DNA of 64,000 nucleotides from Escherichia coli (GTDB lineage Bacteria; Pseudomonadota; Gammaproteobacteria; Enterobacterales; Enterobacteriaceae): NCBI RefSeq assembly GCF_002854065.1, contig NZ_CP024147.1; one strand, 5' to 3'. Shown piece by piece: positions 56,506 to 64,000 of this stretch (position 1 is its first letter; each line of letters starts with the position of its first letter). The notes under the pieces were generated by a model. It saw only the letters and a program-made list of their open reading frames with translations, ran no database searches and was not told where the DNA came from. The position numbers and the translations under genes were made by a program.

Positions 56506-58641
56506 TTACTCGCCCTGTTCAGCAGCCGGAGCTTCCGGTGCTGCAGCAGGTTGAGACTGCTCAGTCGCTTCTTTAATGCTCAGACGGATACGGCCCTGGC
56601 GATCAACTTCCAGAACTTTCACCGGTACTTCCTGACCCATCTGCAGGTAATCGGTCACTTTCTCAACGCGTTTGTCAGCGATTTGAGAGATGTGTACCAA
56701 ACCTTCTTTACCGCCGCCGATGGCAACAAATGCGCCAAAGTCAACGATACGGGTCACTTTACCATTGTAGACGCGGCCCACTTCGATTTCTGCAGTGATC
56801 TCTTCGATACGACGAATAGCGTGTTTCGCTTTCTCGCCGTCGGTCGCTGCGATCTTCACAGTACCGTCATCTTCGATTTCGATGGTGGTGCCGGTTTCTT
56901 CGGTCAGGGCACGGATAACAGAGCCGCCTTTACCGATAACATCTTTGATCTTGTCCGGGTTGATCTTGATGGTATGGATACGCGGTGCGAACTCAGAGAT
57001 ATCGCCACGCGGCGCGTTGATCGCCTGTTCCATTACACCCAGGATGTGCAGACGCGCACCTTTAGCCTGGTTCAGTGCAACCTGCATGATCTCTTTGGTG
57101 ATACCTTCAATTTTGATATCCATCTGCAATGCAGAGATACCGTCGCGGGAACCCGCAACTTTGAAGTCCATATCGCCCAGGTGATCTTCGTCGCCCAAAA
57201 TGTCAGACAGTACAACGTAGTTGTCGCCTTCTTTCACCAGACCCATTGCGATACCCGCAACGGCAGCTTTGATCGGCACACCTGCGTCCATCAGCGCCAG
57301 AGACGCGCCGCACACGGAAGCCATAGAAGAGGAACCGTTGGATTCAGTGATTTCAGACACAACACGTACGGTGTACGGGAATTTGTCCATATCTGGCATG
57401 ACTGCCAGCACACCGCGCTTCGCCAGACGACCGTGACCAATTTCACGACGCTTCGGAGAACCGACCATGCCGGTTTCGCCTACGGAGTACGGAGGGAAGT
57501 TGTAGTGGAACAGGAAGGTGTCGGTACGTTCGCCCATCAGTTCATCAAGAACCTGTGCGTCACGAGCGGTACCCAGCGTTGCAGTAACCAGTGCCTGCGT
57601 TTCACCACGGGTGAACAGCGCAGAACCGTGAGTACGCGGCAGCACGCCAGTACGCACATCCAGACCACGGATCATATCTTTTTCACGACCGTCGATACGC
57701 GGTTCGCCTGCCAGTACGCGGCTACGAACAACGTTTTTCTCGATCGCGTGCAGAATCTCACCCAGTTCGTTTTCGTCCAGGGTTTCGTCTTCAGCAAGCA
57801 GCGTTGCGATGGTTTCAGATTTGATGACATCAACCTGCGCATAACGCTCTTGTTTGTCGGTGATGCGATAAGCATCGCTCAGACGAGCTTCAGCCAGTGC
57901 AGCAACGCGCGCGTTCAGCGCTTCGTTTACCGGCTCCGGCTGCCAGTCCCAACGCGGTTTACCGGCTTCTTTCACCAGTTCATTGATGTTCTGAATAACA
58001 ACCTGCTGTTGTTCATGACCGAACACTACTGCGCCCAGCATCTGGTCTTCGCTCAGCAGTTCAGCTTCAGATTCAACCATCAGTACAGCGGCTTCAGTAC
58101 CCGCAACAACCAGATCCAGTTTGCTCTCTTTCAGCTCGTCCTGAGTCGGGTTCAGTACGTACTGGTCATTGATGTAACCTACGCGGGCAGCACCAATCGG
58201 ACCATTGAACGGAATACCAGACAGAGACAGTGCTGCGGAAGCACCAATCATCGCGACGATATCCGGGTTAACTTGCGGGTTAACAGAAACCACGGTGGCG
58301 ATAACCTGAACTTCGTTGACGAAGCCTTCCGGGAACAGCGGGCGAATCGGGCGGTCAATCAGACGCGCGATCAGGGTTTCGCCTTCGCTTGGGCGGCCTT
58401 CACGACGGAAGAAGCTACCCGGGATACGACCAGCAGCGTAGGTACGCTCCTGATAGTTAACGGTCAGTGGGAAGAAATCCTGACCTGGTTTGGCTTTTTT
58501 CTGGCCAACAACGGTAACAAATACCGCGGTGTCATCCATGCTAACCATAACAGCGGCAGTAGCCTGACGAGCCATCATGCCGGTTTCCAGAGTCACGGTG
58601 TGTTGGCCGTACTGGAATTTACGAACGATCGGATTAAGCAA
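56506..58641 (-). CDS. pnp: Polynucleotide phosphorylase
   Basis: Track ORF to 58728; start set to the UUG at 58641 ([21 protein letters not shown]) preceded by GAGAAAGGA, giving 711 aa; KH and S1 domains at the C-terminus. Confidence 0.95.
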   Translation of the reverse strand: MLNPIVRKFQYGQHTVTLETGMMARQATAAVMVSMDDTAVFVTVVGQKKAKPGQDFFPLTVNYQERTYAAGRIPGSFFRREGRPSEGETLIARLIDRPIRPLFPEGFVNEVQVIATVVSVNPQVNPDIVAMIGASAALSLSGIPFNGPIGAARVGYINDQYVLNPTQDELKESKLDLVVAGTEAAVLMVESEAELLSEDQMLGAVVFGHEQQQVVIQNINELVKEAGKPRWDWQPEPVNEALNARVAALAEARLSDAYRITDKQERYAQVDVIKSETIATLLAEDETLDENELGEILHAIEKNVVRSRVLAGEPRIDGREKDMIRGLDVRTGVLPRTHGSALFTRGETQALVTATLGTARDAQVLDELMGERTDTFLFHYNFPPYSVGETGMVGSPKRREIGHGRLAKRGVLAVMPDMDKFPYTVRVVSEITESNGSSSMASVCGASLALMDAGVPIKAAVAGIAMGLVKEGDNYVVLSDILGDEDHLGDMDFKVAGSRDGISALQMDIKIEGITKEIMQVALNQAKGARLHILGVMEQAINAPRGDISEFAPRIHTIKINPDKIKDVIGKGGSVIRALTEETGTTIEIEDDGTVKIAATDGEKAKHAIRRIEEITAEIEVGRVYNGKVTRIVDFGAFVAIGGGKEGLVHISQIADKRVEKVTDYLQMGQEVPVKVLEVDRQGRIRLSIKEATEQSQPAAAPEAPAAEQGE

Positions 58642-58842
58642 TGTAATATCCTTTCTCTTTCTTAGACAGTACCTTACGGCACTGGTGTTAATACCCGATC
58701 TTCTGCGCATCCTCGCGACTAATGACAACCCTAACCCAGCCCAATGTGGGTAAAGCCTCTCATTAGCCGCGCGAACCTCTGCAACGGAAGATCATTCATA
58801 GCAACAATACATTAGTTTCCAGTGAATTGCTGCCGTCAGCTT
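58642..58842 (-). promoter_or_regulatory. pnp 5-prime leader (RNase III-processed autoregulatory region)
   Basis: About 200-nt untranslated region between the rpsO terminator and the pnp UUG; function by established knowledge, stems not mapped by eye. Confidence 0.45.
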
Positions 58843-58870
58843 GAAAAAAGGGGCCACTCAGGCCCCCTTT
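58843..58870 (-). terminator. rpsO terminator hairpin
   Basis: GGGGCC-ACTCA-GGCCCC hairpin flanked by an A-run and a T-run, 18 bp downstream of the rpsO stop. Confidence 0.6.
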
Positions 58871-58887
58871 TCTGAAACTCGCAAGAA

Positions 58888-59253
<366 letters not shown>

Positions 59254-59305
59254 TTAAGCGGCAGTATTCTACTCGTAGCGACCTGTTATCGCAAGACGGT
59301 TAACA

Positions 59306-60250
59306 TTACGCCGGGTATTCAACCACCAGACGACGAGGCGCAACGCGGCCTTCATCGTCAATTTCGCCCATACCGATAAACTTGCCGTTCTCACCTTCCG
59401 TAACGCGAACCAGTCCTTCCAGCGGCGCGCCAGATGTACGAACCGGGTTACCATTTTTGAAGTAAACAGAAGACATTAACGGAAGATTCACCACCGTGTA
59501 GTCCGAAGCTGGACTGTCCATTGGCATCAGTAATGGATCAAGTAACTCCGCAGCCGGAATATCCTGCTGTTCGGCTTGTTCGACCAGTTCACGCAGATGT
59601 TCCAGGGTCACCATCCGTTCAACCGGATATTTACTTACCGCCAGACGACGCAGGTAAATAACATGCGCGCCACAACCGAGTTTTTCACCCAGGTCATCAA
59701 TGATGGTGCGGATATAAGTGCCTTTTGAGCAGTGAATTTCCAGCTCCAACTCATTGCCTTCATGGCGAATAAACAGCAATTCATAAACGGTAATTGGACG
59801 CGCTTCACGCGGAACTTCAATGCCCTGACGCGCATATTCGTACAGTTTTTTGCCCTGGTATTTCAGTGCTGAATACATCGATGGGATCTGTTCGATATCG
59901 CCACGGAAAGTATCCAGTGCCGCCGCCAGTTGTTCTGCACTAAAGGTTACCGGACGCTCTTCAACGATTTGTCCGTCGGCGTCAGAAGTATCGGTACGCT
60001 GTCCAAGACGCGCAATAACCCGATAGCGTTTGTCGGAGTCCAGCAGATACTGGGAAAACTTCGTCGCTTCCCCGAGGCAAATCGGCAACATGCCGGTCGC
60101 CAGCGGGTCCAGCGCACCGGTATGCCCGGCACGGTTGGCGTTATAAATCCGTTTCACTTTTTGCAGCGCATCGTTGCTGGACATACCCTGAGGTTTATCC
60201 AGCAACAAAACGCCGTTAATGTCGCGACCGCGACGACGAGGACGACTCAT
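59306..60250 (-). CDS. truB: tRNA pseudouridine-55 synthase
   Basis: 314-aa ORF with [12 protein letters not shown] catalytic motif. Confidence 0.95.
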   Translation of the reverse strand: MSRPRRRGRDINGVLLLDKPQGMSSNDALQKVKRIYNANRAGHTGALDPLATGMLPICLGEATKFSQYLLDSDKRYRVIARLGQRTDTSDADGQIVEERPVTFSAEQLAAALDTFRGDIEQIPSMYSALKYQGKKLYEYARQGIEVPREARPITVYELLFIRHEGNELELEIHCSKGTYIRTIIDDLGEKLGCGAHVIYLRRLAVSKYPVERMVTLEHLRELVEQAEQQDIPAAELLDPLLMPMDSPASDYTVVNLPLMSSVYFKNGNPVRTSGAPLEGLVRVTEGENGKFIGMGEIDDEGRVAPRRLVVEYPA

Positions 60251-60651
60251 TAGTCCTCCTTGCTGTCGTCCGGGTTAACACGACGTTCTTCGTCATGTTT
60301 GACCACGCTGGTCACCAGGTTTGACATGCGCATCCCTTCAACCAGAGAGTTGTCGTAGAAGAAGGTCAGTTCCGGCACGATACGCAGGCGCATCGCTTTC
60401 CCCAGCAGGCTGCGGATGAAACCAGAAGCTTCTTGCAACGCTTTGATGCCCGCTTTAACCGCGTCTTCATCTTTGTCGTTGAGGAACGTCACATATACTT
60501 TGGCATACGCCAGGTCGCGAGACATTTCGACACCGGAAACGGTGGTCATCATGCCCAAGCGAGGATCTTTAATTTCACGCTGCAGGATGAGAGCGATCTC
60601 TTTTTGCATTTCCTGCGCTACGCGCTGCGGGCGACCAAATTCTTTCGCCAT
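60250..60651 (-). CDS. rbfA: Ribosome-binding factor A
   Basis: Track ORF to 60669; start set to ATG 60651 ([20 protein letters not shown]) giving 133 aa; stop overlaps the truB start. Confidence 0.93.
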
Positions 60652-60666
60652 AATAAATTCTCCTGA

Positions 60667-60694
60667 CAAAAAAGGGGCTGTTAGCCCCTTTTTA
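60667..60694 (-). terminator. Terminator-like hairpin between infB and rbfA
   Basis: GGGGCT-GTTA-AGCCCC hairpin with flanking A- and T-runs immediately upstream of the rbfA ribosome-binding site. Confidence 0.4.
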
Positions 60695-60726
60695 AAATTA
60701 ATTTCAGGTGGAAGGGCTGTTCACGT

Positions 60727-60800
60727 TGGCCTGATAAGACGCGCCAGCGTCACATCAGGCAATCCATGCCGGATGCGACGTAAACGCCTTATCCCGCATG
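60727..60800. repeat. REP elements
   Basis: GGCCTGATAAGACGCGCCAGCGTCACATCAGGCA and TGCCGGATGCGACGTAAACGCCTTATCCCGCATG between infB and rbfA. Confidence 0.6.
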
Positions 60801-60814
60801 GAACCCTAAAAACC

Positions 60815-63487
60815 TTAAGCGATGGTACGTTGGATCTCGATGATTTCGAATACTTCGATCACATCGCCAGTGCGGACGTCGTTGTAGTTCTTAACGCCGA
60901 TACCACATTCCATACCGTTACGGACTTCGTTAACGTCATCTTTGAAGCGGCGCAGGGACTCCAGCTCGCCTTCATAGATAACCACGTTGTCACGCAGAAC
61001 GCGGATCGGGTTGTGACGTTTAACCACACCTTCGGTAACCATACAGCCTGCGATGGCACCAAATTTCGGCGATTTGAACACGTCACGAACTTCCGCCAGA
61101 CCGATAATCTGCTGTTTCAGTTCCGGAGACAGCATACCGCTCATCGCCGCTTTCACTTCGTCAATCAGGTTATAGATGACGGAGTAGTAACGCAGATCCA
61201 GGCTTTCCGCTTCAATCACTTTACGTGCAGAGGCATCAGCACGTACGTTAAAGCCAACCAGGATGGCGTTGGACGCCGCAGCCAGGGTGGCGTCGGTTTC
61301 GGTGATACCACCTACGCCAGAACCGATGATCTTCACTTTAACTTCGTCAGTAGACAGTTTCAGCAAGGAGTCGGAGATCGCTTCGACAGAACCCTGTACG
61401 TCTGCCTTGAGGACGATATTCACTTCGTGAACTTCGCCTTCGGTCATGTTGGCGAACATGTTCTCGAGTTTAGATTTCTGCTGACGCGCCAGTTTAACTT
61501 CGCGGAATTTACCCTGACGATAGAGTGCAACTTCACGCGCTTTCTTCTCGTCACGTACAACGGTAACTTCATCACCCGCAGCCGGAACACCGGACAAGCC
61601 GAGGATTTCCACCGGAATGGACGGACCCGCTTCCAGCACTTCCTGACCCAGTTCGTTACGCATCGCACGAACACGACCGTATTCGAAGCCACACAGAACG
61701 ATATCGCCCTTGTGCAGAGTACCTTCACGTACCAGAACGGTAGCAACCGGACCACGACCTTTATCGAGGAAGGATTCGATAACCGCACCGCTCGCCATAC
61801 CTTTACGTACCGCTTTCAGCTCCAGAACTTCCGCCTGCAGCAGGATAGCGTCCAGCAGTTCATCGATACCGGTACCCGCTTTCGCAGATACGTGTACGAA
61901 CTGGCTTTCACCGCCCCACTCTTCCGGCAGGATGCCGTACTGGGAGAGTTCGTTCTTAACGCGATCCGGATCGGCTTCTGGTTTATCGATCTTGTTCACT
62001 GCAACCACCACCGGTACCTGCGCCGCTTTCGCGTGCTGGATTGCTTCGATGGTCTGCGGCATTACGCCGTCGTCGGCAGCAACAACCAGGACTACGATGT
62101 CAGTTGCCTGCGCACCACGTGCACGCATTGAAGTAAACGCGGCGTGCCCCGGGGTGTCCAGGAAGGTGATCATGCCGTTTTCAGTTTCAACGTGGTATGC
62201 ACCAATGTGCTGGGTAATGCCGCCCGCTTCGCCAGAGGCCACTTTCGTTGAGCGAATGTAGTCCAGCAGAGAGGTTTTACCGTGGTCAACGTGACCCATG
62301 ATGGTCACAACCGGCGCGCGCGGTTCAGCCGCAGCACCCGTGTCACGGTCGCTCATTACCGCCTCTTCCAGCTCGTTTTCACGACGCAGGATAACTTTGT
62401 GGCCCATCTCTTCAGCAACCAGCTGTGCGGTTTCCTGATCGATAACCTGGTTGATGGTTGCCATTGCGCCCAGTTTCATCATCGCTTTGATGACCTGAGA
62501 GCCTTTAACCGCCATCTTGTTCGCCAGTTCGCCAACGGTGATAGTTTCGCCGATCACAACGTCACGGTTAACGGCCTGAGCAGGCTTCTGGAAGCCTTGC
62601 TGCAGCGAAGAACCTTTACGTTTTCCGCCCTTACCGCCACGTACTGCTGCGCGTGCTTCTTCACGATCAGCTTTTGATTCAGCGTGTTTGTTGCCTTTCT
62701 TCGGACGCGCTGCTTTCGCGTTACGACCACGGCCACGGCCGCCTTCGACTTCACGATCGCTTTCGTCTTCTGCCTGGCGAGCATGTTGAGAAGTAGTGAC
62801 GTGATAATCGCTGGAATCTTCAGTCGGTTCCGCGTTATCAGTCCATTTGTTTTCTTCCGCCATACGACGTGCTTCTTCAGCAACGCGACGTGCTTCTTCT
62901 TCGAGTTTACGACGCGCTTCTTCTTCGGCTTTACGCTTGAGCTCTGCAGCTTCCTGCTCACGGCGGGCTTTTTCAGCCTGGGCGTTTTTAGTCATATCGT
63001 CTTGTTGATTGCTCACTTTGTCTTTTTCCGCAGCTTCACGTTTCGCTTGTTCAGCAGCTTCACGCTTAGCTTGTTCTGCGGCCTCACGTTCAGCTTTTTG
63101 TTGCGCCTCGCGTTTAGCCGATTCTTCTGCCTCACGACGGGCTTGCTCTTCCGCTTCACGCTGCGCTTGCTCTTCCGCTGCAAGGCGTTCAGCCTCTTGC
63201 GGATCGCGTTTCACAAAGGTGCGTTTCTTGCGGACTTCGATTTGTACCGATTTGCTTTTTCCACCGGTACCAGGAATGTTAAGGGTGCTGCGTGTTTTAC
63301 GTTGCAGCGTCAATTTGTCCGGGCCTGAATTTTTCTGATTCAGGTGGTCAATCAAAGTCTGTTTCTCTTGTGCAGACACAGAGTCGTCAGCAGACTTCCG
63401 GATACCTGCATCAGCAAATTGCTGTACCAGGCGTTCCACGGAGGTCTGTCGCTCTGCGGCCAGCGTTTTAATCGTTACATCTGTCAT
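60815..63487 (-). CDS. infB: Translation initiation factor IF-2
   Basis: 890-aa ORF with a charged repetitive N-terminal region and GTP-binding motifs ([17 protein letters not shown]). Confidence 0.97.
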
Positions 63488-63511
63488 GCTGTTCCTTCCT
63501 GCTACAGTTTA

Positions 63512-64000
<489 letters not shown>

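Noticed and set aside
56443-58665. 740-aa plus-strand ORF
   Set aside because: Lies entirely antisense to pnp, whose product is unmistakable; long antisense frames are common in highly expressed genes.
60416-62131. 571-aa plus-strand ORF
   Set aside because: Antisense to rbfA and infB; a composition-driven open frame.

Overview
This window reads as a contiguous Escherichia coli chromosomal segment running from the 3-prime end of yqjF to the 3-prime end of nusA, identified by recalling protein sequences and gene order from memory (no search was run). It contains yqjG, yhaHIJKL, cyuA/cyuP, the tdcABCDEFG operon with tdcR, yhaB/yhaC, rnpB (the only RNA gene I can support), garK/R/L/P and garD, the prlF-yhaV toxin-antitoxin pair, the aga/kba gene cluster, rsmI, lpoA, yraN, diaA, dolP, yraQ/R, yhbO-yhbW including ubiT/U/V, mtr, deaD, nlpI and the pnp-rpsO-truB-rbfA-infB-nusA block. 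I found no CRISPR array, tRNA, rRNA, prophage or integrase. Four things depart from the K-12 layout as I remember it: (1) a small AT-rich two-gene module at 39.1-39.9 kb, a RelE/HigB-like toxin plus an XRE helix-turn-helix antitoxin, sits between agaI and rsmI where K-12 has the yraHIJK fimbrial operon; (2) the aga cluster is the long form with full agaW, agaE, agaF and full-length agaA; (3) agaA carries an in-frame TAG; (4) agaC is interrupted by an IS1 copy with a 9-bp target duplication. I do not see a convincing large undescribed system; the toxin-antitoxin-like pair is the most accessory and least characterised element. All family assignments need confirmation by BLAST or HMM search.
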